Shown: one piece after another, positions 28,324-38,831 of the stretch
Position numbering within the stretch: the stretch's first letter is position 1
Layout: the number at the start of each line of letters is the position of its first letter
DNA from: Armatimonadota bacterium
GTDB taxonomy: Bacteria; Armatimonadota; Fimbriimonadia; Fimbriimonadales; GBS-DC
Reading direction: 5' to 3'
NCBI GenBank assembly: GCA_037445735.1
Contig: JBBIJY010000003.1
Span: 1 to 64,000 of the forward strand
DNA length: 64,000 nucleotides
Notes under the pieces: generated by a model
Told to the model about the DNA's origin: nothing
The model's database searches: none
The model's input: only the letters and a program-made list of their open reading frames with translations
Position numbers and translations under genes: made by a program

Positions 28324-28941
28324 ATGTTCACGGGGCTGATTGAGGCGGTGGGGCGCGTGGTGGCGCTGGAGCAGTTGCCTGAAGGCGGGGCGCGGCTCAC
28401 CATCGGGGCGTTCCCGGTGGCGGTTGGCGAAAGCCTTGCCGTCAACGGCGTCTGCCTCACCGTTCAGCACGCTGAGGGCAGCCATCTGAGCTTCGATCTG
28501 GTGCCCGAAACGCTGCGCCGCACCAATCTGGGCGACCTCAAAGCGGGCGACAGGGTCAATCTGGAGCGACCGCTCACCCCGCAGAGCCGATTGGGCGGGC
28601 ACTTCGTGCAGGGGCACATCGATACCACTGCCCGCCTCGTCGCCATCCAGCCAGAAGGTAACGCCCGCATCCTGCGCCTGCAGTTAGAGGAGCCGTTTTA
28701 CATGCGCTATATCGTGCCCAAAGGCTCCATCGCCGTGGATGGCATCAGCCTCACCGTGGTCGAGGTGGGCGAGGACTGGTTCACCGTGTGGATTGTGCCC
28801 CACACCTGGCAGGCGACGAACCTCGCCACACGCCAGATCGGTGATCGGCTCAACATCGAGACCGATATTTTAGCCCGCTATGTGGAGAAACTCTTAGCCC
28901 CCTCACCCGTACCCTCTCCCCCAAAGGGGGCGAGGGGCTAA
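28324..28941 (+). CDS. ribE: Riboflavin synthase alpha chain
   Basis: MFTGLIE, GESLAVNGVCLTV, VNLER, GGHFVQGHID, KGSIAVDGISLTV, NIETD. Confidence 0.96.
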   Translation: MFTGLIEAVGRVVALEQLPEGGARLTIGAFPVAVGESLAVNGVCLTVQHAEGSHLSFDLVPETLRRTNLGDLKAGDRVNLERPLTPQSRLGGHFVQGHIDTTARLVAIQPEGNARILRLQLEEPFYMRYIVPKGSIAVDGISLTVVEVGEDWFTVWIVPHTWQATNLATRQIGDRLNIETDILARYVEKLLAPSPVPSPPKGARG

Positions 28942-28993
28942 ACTGAACCCCCTCTCCCACAGCGTGGGAGAGGGGGCACGGGGGTGAGGGCTA
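28895..28993. repeat. Composite REP-like unit overlapping the ribE 3' end
   Basis: Near-exact reverse complement of the first unit at ~26265-26363. Confidence 0.85.
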
Positions 28994-28997
28994 ACCC

Positions 28998-30602
28998 TCA
29001 CGCCGTATCGTCCAGCACCTCACGAATCCAGCGCTCGATCCAGCCGTCGCACACGACGGCTTCCTTTGCCCGCACCGCCTCCAGCGCCTCTTCAATCAGC
29101 GCGTGGTCGAGGTCGTTCTCCTCTTCCAGTTGCTCCATCAGCAGGAGCGCGACGGCAGTAATCTGCTCCATGCGCTCCAGCCACGGCTCGATCTCTTCCA
29201 GCAGGAGTTCGTTTTTGATGCTCTGGCGCAGGCGGGCAGGCAGGCGCTGCAGGCGCTCCAGCTCGGCACGCAACAGCTCGGTATCACCCGTCATCTGCCA
29301 GTCCTCGATGGCTTTCACGATGGCGGGCGGGTCCGCTCGCCAGTGGCGCGACCAGAGGTTCTGCTGGCAGAACTCCAGCATGACGGGCATCGCCTCCTCG
29401 CCCACCAGATGCGCGATGGCAGCCTCCCAGCTGCGTTGCGGGTCGTAGGCTTCGGCGTTCCAGAGCAGGTCTGCATAAGTGCCGAGCGCGATTCGCGACG
29501 CCTCCGCCTGATTCATCGGGTTGGCGACCAGCGCTTCAAGGTGAGCGAGCGTCTCGCGGTCGCGCCCCGTGATGGGTCCCAGCAGCAGGCGGCTCGGCTC
29601 GTAATCGTTCACCGGGTAGTTGTCCCACACGAACGGCTTGCGGCGGATCGCGCGCCCGAACAGCTCCGCTTCCTCCGCCGTGATCTCGCGCGAGACCACC
29701 TTCTTGCCTGTCCACATAATCGAGATGCCCGGCTCCGTCCGCTCGCCCAGCTCCTGCACATAGGGCGGCTCGCCCAGATTGTGATAGAAGGTGGGGCACA
29801 CAATCAGCCAGGCGTTCGGCTCGCGCTCCTTCAGCCAGCGGTTCAGCCGATTGGCGAGGTCAGCGTGCGCGTGCGCCAGCGAGCCATACACCTGGCGGTC
29901 GGCGGCGTGAATCAGCTGTTCGGGGATGTCGTCTAACAGCAGCCCGAAGGTGCGCACGCCCATCTGCCGCACCGCCTCCACCTTCGCCACGAGACGCTCA
30001 AGCTCCTGCGGGTCGGAATAGACCATCGACAGCCCCGGGCTGATGCAGAAGACGAACTCGATAAAGTTCTCGCGGGCGGTGTCGATCAGCTCTTGCAGCT
30101 GTTGCGCCTCATCGGGCGGATAGGGTTCGCGCCAGTGTTCGCGATGGAACGGGTCATCTTTGGGCGCATAGAGATAGAGGTTCATTTTGACCTGCGCCAT
30201 GAATTCGAGCATGTGCAGGCGGGCGGTATGCTTCCAGGGCACGCCGTAGAAGCCCTCCACAACGCCGCGCCACGCCAGATCGGGCTGGTCGGTGATGGTA
30301 AGCAGCGGGAGCGATTTGCCGTCCCAGGCTTGCAGCAGGGTCTGGCAGGCGTAGAAGGCGGCGCGGGGCGAGCCAGCGCGGATGCGGATGCGCGCATTCT
30401 CCACTGTCAGCTGATAGCCTTCGGCGGGCAGTTCAGGTGCATGCTCCACAAACGCGGTCCAGCCGCCGTACGCCTCGCCCAGGCGGGTCAGTGGGCGCAC
30501 CGACGCCTCCCAGCCCGGCGGATACTTCACCGAATGGCAACCGGCGAACGGCAGCCGCTCGCCGGTTGCGGAGATCGCTTTTGGAAGCGGTAGCCAGCGC
30601 AT
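28998..30602 (-). CDS. GH84 O-GlcNAcase / beta-N-acetylglucosaminidase
   Basis: RGVVEGFYG.PW, YLYAPKDD, ISPG, LLLDDI, WTG, WDNYPVND, NPMNQ. Confidence 0.9.
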   Translation of the reverse strand: MRWLPLPKAISATGERLPFAGCHSVKYPPGWEASVRPLTRLGEAYGGWTAFVEHAPELPAEGYQLTVENARIRIRAGSPRAAFYACQTLLQAWDGKSLPLLTITDQPDLAWRGVVEGFYGVPWKHTARLHMLEFMAQVKMNLYLYAPKDDPFHREHWREPYPPDEAQQLQELIDTARENFIEFVFCISPGLSMVYSDPQELERLVAKVEAVRQMGVRTFGLLLDDIPEQLIHAADRQVYGSLAHAHADLANRLNRWLKEREPNAWLIVCPTFYHNLGEPPYVQELGERTEPGISIMWTGKKVVSREITAEEAELFGRAIRRKPFVWDNYPVNDYEPSRLLLGPITGRDRETLAHLEALVANPMNQAEASRIALGTYADLLWNAEAYDPQRSWEAAIAHLVGEEAMPVMLEFCQQNLWSRHWRADPPAIVKAIEDWQMTGDTELLRAELERLQRLPARLRQSIKNELLLEEIEPWLERMEQITAVALLLMEQLEEENDLDHALIEEALEAVRAKEAVVCDGWIERWIREVLDDTA

Positions 30603-30611
30603 GGTCTCTCC

Positions 30612-31124
<513 letters not shown>

Positions 31125-31162
31125 TCTCTGTTCACCTCCATGCGGGAGTATACCTGCTTTTA

Positions 31163-31196
31163 AAAGCAAAGTGCGCCCCAGTGAACTGGGGCGCAG
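31163..31196 (-). terminator. Probable intrinsic terminator downstream of the PEP-CTERM gene
   Basis: GCGCCCCAG-TTCA-CTGGGGCGC hairpin followed by a T-rich tract on the minus strand. Confidence 0.55.
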
Positions 31197-31263
31197 CCTT
31201 GCTCACATCGGGTCGGGGCAGCCACCGGATGCATCCGGGGCTGCCACGCTCTGGAACCGGGAC

Positions 31264-32073
31264 TTACGCCTTGCGGCGTCGGCGCAGTGCCACCAGCCCG
31301 ATCAGACCCGTGCCCAGCGCAATCATGCTCGCCGGCTCAGGAACCACTATGGTGATCGAGAACCGCTGACCGTAATCGGAGCTGGGGTTGCCGTTCGTAC
31401 CGAAGTTGGTGCGCACCGTAACGCCCTCGCTGCCGATCAGGCTTCCGTTGCCATCCAGATCAAAACCAGCGAGCCGGTTCAGCCCGAGCTCGAAGTTGCC
31501 GGGCTCGTTACCAGCTATTACACGAAGCCAGGCGACAACGAATGCCTCGCTGTACCCCTGAGCTCCGCCCGTGACCAGAACTTTGGCCGCAAAACCCTTG
31601 TTGGTCACCAACGGGAAGTTGGTGTTGCCGGGGTTGACGCTGTTCGCACGGATATCGCCCGATCGAATAGTCTGTTGGGTGTAACCGCCTCCTTGCCAAT
31701 TAGGATTATTCGATGGGTTGTCAGCCCAGTCGCGGTCCTGGTTTGTGTTACCAAGGATGGTAAAGCCATAAGTGGTATAGTCGGGGTTGCGACCGAACGC
31801 GCTGGACTGACGGGTCAGGTCGAGGAAGAGGTTGATAATCGCCCAGTCGGTTGCATTACCGAAGCCAGGCTGGAACTGCGCCTTGAAGAAGAGGTAGAAG
31901 GTCTGACCAGGATTGACCGCAAAATCCTTGGTGGCGGTATTCCCATCGCCCCAGACTGCGTTGCTCCAGTTAGATGTATATCCGGCACCAGTCCAGAATT
32001 TCGACTGAGCCATTGCTCCGCTGGCAACCAGGGTTGCAGCCGCCAGAGCTATCAGAATCTTGTTCGTACGCAT
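31264..32073 (-). CDS. PEP-CTERM sorting-domain protein
   Basis: Signal peptide (AMA-Q); C-terminal VPEPASMIALGTGLIGLVALRRRRKA. Confidence 0.93.
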   Translation of the reverse strand: MRTNKILIALAAATLVASGAMAQSKFWTGAGYTSNWSNAVWGDGNTATKDFAVNPGQTFYLFFKAQFQPGFGNATDWAIINLFLDLTRQSSAFGRNPDYTTYGFTILGNTNQDRDWADNPSNNPNWQGGGYTQQTIRSGDIRANSVNPGNTNFPLVTNKGFAAKVLVTGGAQGYSEAFVVAWLRVIAGNEPGNFELGLNRLAGFDLDGNGSLIGSEGVTVRTNFGTNGNPSSDYGQRFSITIVVPEPASMIALGTGLIGLVALRRRRKA

Positions 32074-32211
32074 CACACACATCCTCCTTTCTGAGGTTTG
32101 GTGTTGCCGTTTTCAGGGCGAAACTGAAACGGCACTGCAGCGACTACGCTGCATCAGCGCATTGCCTATGGCTGGTGCGGGAGAGTGCCACTCTCCGCAT
32201 CACCGATTCCT

Positions 32212-32305
32212 ATTATACCCCATTTCTGGGGCGATTGTCAAGGGGTCAGAAGCGTTTTCCCCCGATTCGCCCTCTATTATACCCCATTTCGGGAGCGTTT
32301 GTCAG
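32212..32305 (-). promoter_or_regulatory. Tandem duplicated sigma70-type promoters
   Basis: TTGACA (32241-32236) N18 TATAAT (32217-32212) and CTGACA (32305-32300) N18 TATAAT (32281-32276). Both copies share CTATTATACCCCATTTC. Confidence 0.75.
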
Positions 32306-32500
32306 GCAGCGGCATGGTGTTCGAAAATGCTGTTCGTAGTGAGGTGGCTAAAGCCGTTCCTATAAAACGAAGCCGACCTGAGTCGGCTGAAGGAGCAAGC
32401 GCGTCTCGTGCTGGAACCCGGCGGGGCACCCCAGGCCACGGAAGCCAGCGCCAGCGGGCTTTGTCTGGATGAGCGTCACAAATCGGGTACAATATTTTCG

Positions 32501-33895
32501 ATGGCAGCAGCGCAGGTGGTGTCGGTCAAGCAGGCATATCAGATGCCCATCGGCAGTCGGCTCACTGTGCGCGGCTGGGTGCGCTCCCGCCGCGATTCGA
32601 AGGGCATCTCGTTCATCGAACTCAACGACGGCTCCCGCTTCAAAAGCCTGCAGCTGGTGGTGAACGAGGGCGTCGTGCCTGAAGGCTTGCTTAAGCGCAT
32701 CACCGCCGGTGCCTGCATCGCCGCCACGGGCGAGCTGGTCGAATCGCCTGCACCGGGTCAGCCCGTCGAGCTGCGCGTGGAGAGCCTCCATCTTTACGGC
32801 GAAGCCGACCCGGCGACCTACCCGATGCAGAAGAAGGGGCACTCCTTCGAGTTCCTGCGCGAGATTGCCCATCTGCGCGTGCGGGGCAACACCTTCGGGG
32901 CGGTGTTCCGCGTGCGGAACGCGCTCGCCTATGCCATCCACAAATTCTTTCAGGAACGCGACTTCCTCTATGTCCACACGCCCATCATCACGCCTTCCGA
33001 CTGCGAGGGCGCAGGCGCGCTCTTCCGTGTCACCACCCTTGATCTGGAGAACCCGCCGCGCACGCCCGATGGACACATCGACTGGAGCCAGGACTTCTTC
33101 GGCAGACCGACCTACCTCACCGTCAGCGGTCAGCTGGAAGCCGAGATTTTCGCGCTCGCCTTCGGCAAAGTGTACACCTTCGGTCCCACCTTCCGCGCCG
33201 AGAACAGCAACACGCCCCGCCACCTCGCCGAGTTCTGGATGATCGAACCCGAAATGGCGTTCTACGAGCTGCCCGACAACATGCGCCTCGCCGAAGAGTT
33301 CCTCAAATATATCATCCAGTATGTGCTGGACAACTGCCGTGAAGACATGGATTTCTTCCACCAGCGCATCGACAACACGGTGCTGGCGACACTGGAGCAT
33401 GTGGCGACCGCCACCTTCGAACACCTGACCTACACGGAGGCGATCCAGATTTTGCAACAAGCCGGGCGCGATTGGGAGTTTCCACCAGTGTGGGGCAACG
33501 ATTTGCAGACCGAGCATGAACGCTATCTGACCGAAGAGGTGTTCAAAAAGCCCGTGATTGTAACGGACTATCCGAAGGAGATTAAGGCGTTCTATATGCG
33601 GCTGAACGACGACGGGCGCACGGTGCGGGCGATGGATGTGCTGGTGCCGCGCGTGGGCGAGATAATCGGCGGCAGTCAGCGCGAGGAGCGGTACGATGTG
33701 CTGCTCCAGCGCATCCGCGAATCGGGGCTGAACGCGGAGGACTACTGGTGGTATCTTGACCTGCGCAGGTACGGCTCCGCACCCCACTCCGGCTTCGGAC
33801 TGGGCTTCGAACGCATGCTGATGTATATCACGGGCATGAAGAACATTCGCGATGTGATCCCGTTCCCGCGCACGCCAGGCAACGCCGAGTTCTGA
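32501..33895 (+). CDS. asnS: Asparagine--tRNA ligase
   Basis: [63 protein letters not shown]. Confidence 0.97.
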   Translation: MAAAQVVSVKQAYQMPIGSRLTVRGWVRSRRDSKGISFIELNDGSRFKSLQLVVNEGVVPEGLLKRITAGACIAATGELVESPAPGQPVELRVESLHLYGEADPATYPMQKKGHSFEFLREIAHLRVRGNTFGAVFRVRNALAYAIHKFFQERDFLYVHTPIITPSDCEGAGALFRVTTLDLENPPRTPDGHIDWSQDFFGRPTYLTVSGQLEAEIFALAFGKVYTFGPTFRAENSNTPRHLAEFWMIEPEMAFYELPDNMRLAEEFLKYIIQYVLDNCREDMDFFHQRIDNTVLATLEHVATATFEHLTYTEAIQILQQAGRDWEFPPVWGNDLQTEHERYLTEEVFKKPVIVTDYPKEIKAFYMRLNDDGRTVRAMDVLVPRVGEIIGGSQREERYDVLLQRIRESGLNAEDYWWYLDLRRYGSAPHSGFGLGFERMLMYITGMKNIRDVIPFPRTPGNAEF

Positions 33896-33921
33896 TGGAG
33901 CGTCTAATTAACGAGGCAACC

Positions 33922-34506
33922 ATGAGAGGCACAGTTTCCAGAGTCCAGATAGGTTTAGGAATCATCGGGCTGTTGATCCTGTGGGCGTGCTCGGGTGGCG
34001 GTGGAGGCGGCACAGGTAGCCTGCGTGTGGAGGGTACACCGCCTGGCGCCCAGGTGTTCCTGAACAACCAGCCGCGCGGCACCGCACCGCTCGAACTGAC
34101 CGATTTGCCCACCGGCACCTACACGGTTCGGGTCGAACTCGCCGAGAACGGGCAGATAGTTGCCCAGGAGTTTCAGGTGCGCGTTGGCGCCCAGAGCGTG
34201 GTGCGCTATGATCTGAATCAATTTCGCATCGAGGCAAGCCCTGCGCCGATAGCGGTGTGGGTTGGGGAACGACAGCAGGTGAGCGCCGTCGTGCGCGATT
34301 CCGCTGGCAACCGCCTCGCAGCGTCCTTCCGCTTCTCCATCATGGACACCACCGTTGCAACCATCGTCGAAACCACCGGGACCAGCTGCACCGTTCAGGG
34401 ACTTCGCAGTGGTAGCACCTACCTGAAGATTGAAGACGCCAATCGTGGTGTGGGCCTGCGCGTGCCCGTGTCTGTGCAGGACTTTCCACCCCCACCAGGT
34501 AATTAA
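33922..34506 (+). CDS. PEGA-domain lipoprotein with an Ig-like domain
   Basis: Lipobox LWA-C, Gly linker, GSLRV.GTPPGAQVFLN...GTAPL...L..GTY.VRV. Confidence 0.8.
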   Translation: MRGTVSRVQIGLGIIGLLILWACSGGGGGGTGSLRVEGTPPGAQVFLNNQPRGTAPLELTDLPTGTYTVRVELAENGQIVAQEFQVRVGAQSVVRYDLNQFRIEASPAPIAVWVGERQQVSAVVRDSAGNRLAASFRFSIMDTTVATIVETTGTSCTVQGLRSGSTYLKIEDANRGVGLRVPVSVQDFPPPPGN

Positions 34507-34524
34507 ACAGCACCGGGCAGAGGA

Positions 34525-35037
34525 ATGAACGAGGCAAAACGGCTGACGGTGCTGGAGATTGAGACCCGAAAGTTCCGCCGCCGCCTGCGCGGGTATGACC
34601 CGACGGCGGTGGAAGCTTTCCTGCAAGAGGTTGCCGCCTGCTACGAAGAGGTGCTGACCGAGAATCAGCAGCTGCGCGAGGAACTGATCGGCTTGCGGGA
34701 GGAGGTGCAGCGCTATCGCACTCTGGAGAACACACTCAAGGAGTCGCTGGTGCTGGCGCAAAAGAGCGCGGATGAGACCCGCGCGAACGCCCATCGCGAA
34801 GCGGAGCTGATTCTGCAGGCGGCGCGTCAGCAAGCCGAGCAGATTCGGCGCGAAGCGGAGGCGCGCATCCAGCACCTGCTGAACGAAATCGAGGCTCTCG
34901 AAACCCGCAAGCGCACGCTGATTATCGAACTGCGCTCCATGCTGCTCTCACACCTGCAGGCGCTTGAAGAACCTTTGCTGGACAATCAACATACCCTTAT
35001 TGATGCCAGTGCCACTCCACAAGAGAGTCCATCTTAA
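34525..35037 (+). CDS. DivIVA-domain protein
   Basis: LT..EI....F.R.LRGYD...V.AFL followed by a coiled coil. Confidence 0.88.
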   Translation: MNEAKRLTVLEIETRKFRRRLRGYDPTAVEAFLQEVAACYEEVLTENQQLREELIGLREEVQRYRTLENTLKESLVLAQKSADETRANAHREAELILQAARQQAEQIRREAEARIQHLLNEIEALETRKRTLIIELRSMLLSHLQALEEPLLDNQHTLIDASATPQESPS

Positions 35038-35041
35038 TCTA

Positions 35042-38000
35042 CTATTCATTTATTATTAAATCAATTACAAATTTAATTAATTCATTTGCTTCACTTATAT
35101 TTTGTGGTGTTCGAATTTGAGTATCTGATCGCTGAAGGTTTTTACGCTTCAATATCTTTTGTAAGTAGTGGTCGATCCAGAAGGGAATATGAAGCTGCCC
35201 ATAATGATATAGTGCTAAAGCGGCTTCAGCGATTGAAGTTGCAAGTGCATACTGTCCCTGCAAGTGGAAGAGGGTCGCTAAGCCAGCAAATATTTCTGGA
35301 AAGGCGCGTATATTGTCCGTATTCTTAAACTTTTCCATTAATTTTATTAGTAAGCTTTCAGCTTCGTGCAAATCTTTTCTTAGCAGTGCGAGCCAAGCAT
35401 GTGTAATTTCCAAATTTTCCAAGCGAATTGAATATTTTATCATGATATTTTCTATTTTATTCATTATTTCTTTAAATTTTTTGTTTTTATTGTCCAAGAG
35501 ATAAAGAAATGCTAATCTGTAAAGTACCTTTAATTCAACTTTAATAATATTTGTTTGACGACAGAAGTCTAAAATATTGCAGAAAATTTGTTCAGACTTA
35601 CTAAAATTACGATGTAGGAGATGCAATTCAGCCAGACGCAGGAGGGAGTAGAGGCGATAGGTTTTATCGTGTTGTTCCTCACTTAGTTGGAGACTCTGCT
35701 GTAGCAACGACTCGGCAGGTTCAAATTGCCCCTGCAGCATTGCAATCCATCCCAGATTATTGAGGACCAAGCCAAGATCGCGGTAATCACCAGCCATTTC
35801 AAATAGATGGGCGGCTTGCTTCCAACATTGCTCGGCTGTTTGAAGCTGTAAACGGGCGCAATGCACATAACCCAATCGATGCAGCAGATCGCCCCTGAGC
35901 TTGGGTGAGTCTGCAATTTGCATACAAAGCGATAACGCTTGTTGAATCCATCTGTCCGCTTCTGAAATCTGTGCGTCATCGATTGCTAAAGCACTGAGAC
36001 CGCTGCATACCTCAGCTGCGCATTCCCAAAGTCCAAGACGATCGGCTTGCTGATAGGCATATTCATAAAGTTGCCAAGCGATCTGGTATTCACCGACTCG
36101 GCGCATTAGATAAGCAACGGCACTGCATAAGCGAATCTCAACCTCTGCTGGAAGCGCAGGATTAGGTAACTGACTCAACAGTTCTGCATACCAGTGCTGA
36201 ACCTCACCATAGGCACCAATAATCTCCAATAGTGATACCAGCCGTATAATCATCTCTGCTCCAACTACAATTTTGCCTGATCGAATCGCAGCGTTGATAG
36301 CCTCTATAAATTGATCACTGTATGAGACAACATGTTTATTTTTCAAAATAAAAACTTCTTTTTCATTTGATAAAATTTTGCATAAATTATAATAGTAATC
36401 AATAAATCGTTCTTTAATTTGTGATTCTCTATCTTTAGTTAAGTATTTTTTAGCAATCTCGCGGACAGGAGCTGGTACGGTGAACCAAGTTACTTGCTCA
36501 TCATATTCGGCTGTCACCAAGCCCGCTGCCAGCAGCTGTGCCAAATACTCATGGGCTAAGGGCTCCTCCAAGATAGCCTCCGTTGCTTCTATATCCCACC
36601 GCCCTTGAAAGATGCTCATTCCGCTTAGTAATTTTTGCAAAGGAGCAGAAAGGTGGTGATAGCTCCATCCGACTGCTGCCTCGAGCGCATCGCTAAATGA
36701 GCCATGACTCAGCTTATCATAAAGTTGGGTAGGGGTGTAAACGGCGATCCGCTTCGCCAGCAGGACTAATGCCAGGGGCAAACCGCCTGCCCAGCGACAT
36801 ATAGCAGCAACCGAAGACGCATTATGTACTGTTAGAGTGAAATAAGGGCACACACGATGTGCCTCTTCCACAAACAGGCGTACACTTGGATACATGGCAA
36901 TCCGCTCCATCTCGGTTTCGGCTACGGGCGGTGTCGGTAAGGGAGTCAAGGCTATTATCTCCTCCCCCTCAATACCAAGCGGCAGGCGCGAAGTCACCAA
37001 GCATCGTAGCCGTGGTGATTGAGCAAACCAACTCGACAACATCTCTCTCAACTCCTGAAGGTATAAGTCGGCTCCATCCAAAATCAAGATTGCAGAGCGA
37101 TTCTTCATTAAAGTTCCAATATTTTCAATAAAATTAATATTATCTAAATTTAAATTATTTAAAATTATTCTGTTTAAATTAGAATCTCTGCTTGACAACG
37201 AGAGGGGAATGAAAAACACCTCATATTTGCCTTGTTGTCGAACGCGCCAAGCAAATTCTTGAGCTAACCGCGTCTTGCCCACGCCTGCAGGACCAGTAAT
37301 GGTTAGCAGTTGGTCAGAGGCACCATGGTGCAGCCAGTCGCTAAGCATTGCCAGCTCGCTTTCACGCCCCCAGATATGCCCAACTGGGCGAAGTGATGAC
37401 AGAGAGGGTTTAACAAAGGGACTTGAATATGTTCCTTCATTTTTTATATATCCATTTATTAGAAATATATTTTCAGAATAATTTAAATTGTCATAAATTC
37501 CAAATAGCTCGAAGGTAAACTGTTGGGTTCGCCTCAGCCAAACCACCACGGGTTCCGTCGCGATAATCTGCCCAAGCGGTACTTGCAAGGCTAACTGTTG
37601 AGCAAACTGAAGTAGACGGCGCGGCTCGGACTGCCATTGCCCCATCAGCAGAGCACCAGCACCTTTTGAGGAAGCTATCTCCATCAGCCACTTCAGCGCC
37701 GTTTCTGGCGTGCTAAAGAGGGCAATGACAGACCGCTCTGCCGTCCGCACCAAAGTGCCTCCATGCTGACTTGCTGCTTTCCGAATGGCACGCGCATCGA
37801 TAGCAGGCGACAAGCGTGCAGCGGCAACTGTTACCAATCCCATCGGTAACGAATACGGATTAGAATAACTATGAACAATTTCAGTGCTTTGTTCCTTGTT
37901 TTCCAAACAAAAATCTTCTATTTTTTTCTTCAAATCTTTTGGCAGACATGACCAGTGTTTATGGAGCAGGCACTGAAGCGTATGAATATGCTTGTAACGC

Positions 38001-38503
38001 AAGCAAAGCAAGCAGAGTTGATGGAGCGCCTCTTGAAATCGTTGTTCCAGCATGGAGCGGTAGTTCCCTATCCAGAAGGCTTCATAACCTGCCAGGTACT
38101 CGCCTTCATAGAGTAAGCATGCCTGTTCGAGCAGAGGGATTCGTTCCGTCTCAGGCAAGTTGATCGCTTGCTCCAGCAACCAGAGGAACTGGGCTACATC
38201 TACTACCACTTGTGAAAAGTCCAGCGCAACCGTACGCCGTGTAATAATAAGCGGAGAGCGGAGGGGTATTGTTTCATCGGCAAGTGTGCGCTTCAAAGCG
38301 TGCAACTCCACTCTCAAATTCAATAAGGCTTTGGAGCGCACTGTCTTAGGAAACAGCAACTGCGCTAAATGCTCGCGTGTGTGCGGCTTGGGGAAGGTCG
38401 CCAAATATGCCAAGAGTACTTCCCCCTTGCGTGATCGGAATCGCTCGATAGGTTGCTGGTCGCGCTCCACACGAAAACCGCCCAAAAGCGCGATACGGTA
38501 CAT
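35042..38503 (-). CDS. SARP/AfsR-like regulator (HTH-BTAD, degenerate cyclase-like domain, NB-ARC ATPase, TPR)
   Basis: LLGGF, LLAYLA, VDV..F, LY.G.YL.G, ITGPAGVGKTRLA, LVTSR.PL...GE, GGLPLAL, WSY..L and C-terminal TPR helices. Low GC. Confidence 0.85.
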   Translation of the reverse strand: MYRIALLGGFRVERDQQPIERFRSRKGEVLLAYLATFPKPHTREHLAQLLFPKTVRSKALLNLRVELHALKRTLADETIPLRSPLIITRRTVALDFSQVVVDVAQFLWLLEQAINLPETERIPLLEQACLLYEGEYLAGYEAFWIGNYRSMLEQRFQEALHQLCLLCLRYKHIHTLQCLLHKHWSCLPKDLKKKIEDFCLENKEQSTEIVHSYSNPYSLPMGLVTVAAARLSPAIDARAIRKAASQHGGTLVRTAERSVIALFSTPETALKWLMEIASSKGAGALLMGQWQSEPRRLLQFAQQLALQVPLGQIIATEPVVVWLRRTQQFTFELFGIYDNLNYSENIFLINGYIKNEGTYSSPFVKPSLSSLRPVGHIWGRESELAMLSDWLHHGASDQLLTITGPAGVGKTRLAQEFAWRVRQQGKYEVFFIPLSLSSRDSNLNRIILNNLNLDNINFIENIGTLMKNRSAILILDGADLYLQELREMLSSWFAQSPRLRCLVTSRLPLGIEGEEIIALTPLPTPPVAETEMERIAMYPSVRLFVEEAHRVCPYFTLTVHNASSVAAICRWAGGLPLALVLLAKRIAVYTPTQLYDKLSHGSFSDALEAAVGWSYHHLSAPLQKLLSGMSIFQGRWDIEATEAILEEPLAHEYLAQLLAAGLVTAEYDEQVTWFTVPAPVREIAKKYLTKDRESQIKERFIDYYYNLCKILSNEKEVFILKNKHVVSYSDQFIEAINAAIRSGKIVVGAEMIIRLVSLLEIIGAYGEVQHWYAELLSQLPNPALPAEVEIRLCSAVAYLMRRVGEYQIAWQLYEYAYQQADRLGLWECAAEVCSGLSALAIDDAQISEADRWIQQALSLCMQIADSPKLRGDLLHRLGYVHCARLQLQTAEQCWKQAAHLFEMAGDYRDLGLVLNNLGWIAMLQGQFEPAESLLQQSLQLSEEQHDKTYRLYSLLRLAELHLLHRNFSKSEQIFCNILDFCRQTNIIKVELKVLYRLAFLYLLDNKNKKFKEIMNKIENIMIKYSIRLENLEITHAWLALLRKDLHEAESLLIKLMEKFKNTDNIRAFPEIFAGLATLFHLQGQYALATSIAEAALALYHYGQLHIPFWIDHYLQKILKRKNLQRSDTQIRTPQNISEANELIKFVIDLIINE

Positions 38504-38648
38504 CGCCCACCACCTGTTTTCGAGTATACCTCATTCTCCGCGCATTTCCTGCCAGTTGCGCGATGCAAACGGCGAAACGAACCCCATGAACGCATGCCTT
38601 CCACTTTTTTGACCAGAATACCGATAATCTCCATGAGGTGAACACATC

Positions 38649-38819
38649 ATGGCGGAGGGTATTCGCCCACCGGAGCGGGTGCTGCCGCGTGAGCCGGTGC
38701 GGGTCCAGCCGGTGCGGGACCAGCCGAACCAGCCGCGCCGTCCCCCACCACGCCCGAAATCGGGCGAGGAGCAGCCGCCCGACGAGAGCGAGGCACGCCA
38801 GCTCGATGTGGAAGTGTGA
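38649..38819 (+). CDS. Small (56 aa) Pro-rich hypothetical protein absent from the ORF track
   Basis: GAGGTG SD; MAEGIRPPERVLPREPVRVQPVRDQPNQPRRPPPRPKSGEEQPPDESEARQLDVEV. The stop abuts the next SD. Confidence 0.7.
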   Translation: MAEGIRPPERVLPREPVRVQPVRDQPNQPRRPPPRPKSGEEQPPDESEARQLDVEV

Positions 38820-38831
38820 GGAGGTGCTGCG

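Noticed and set aside
32360-33787. Long antisense or alternate-frame ORFs (e.g. 32360-33787, 51097-52434, 23991-25610, 56302-58002, 4590-6008)
   Set aside because: They are shadows of well-supported genes in high-GC DNA and carry no recognisable motifs.
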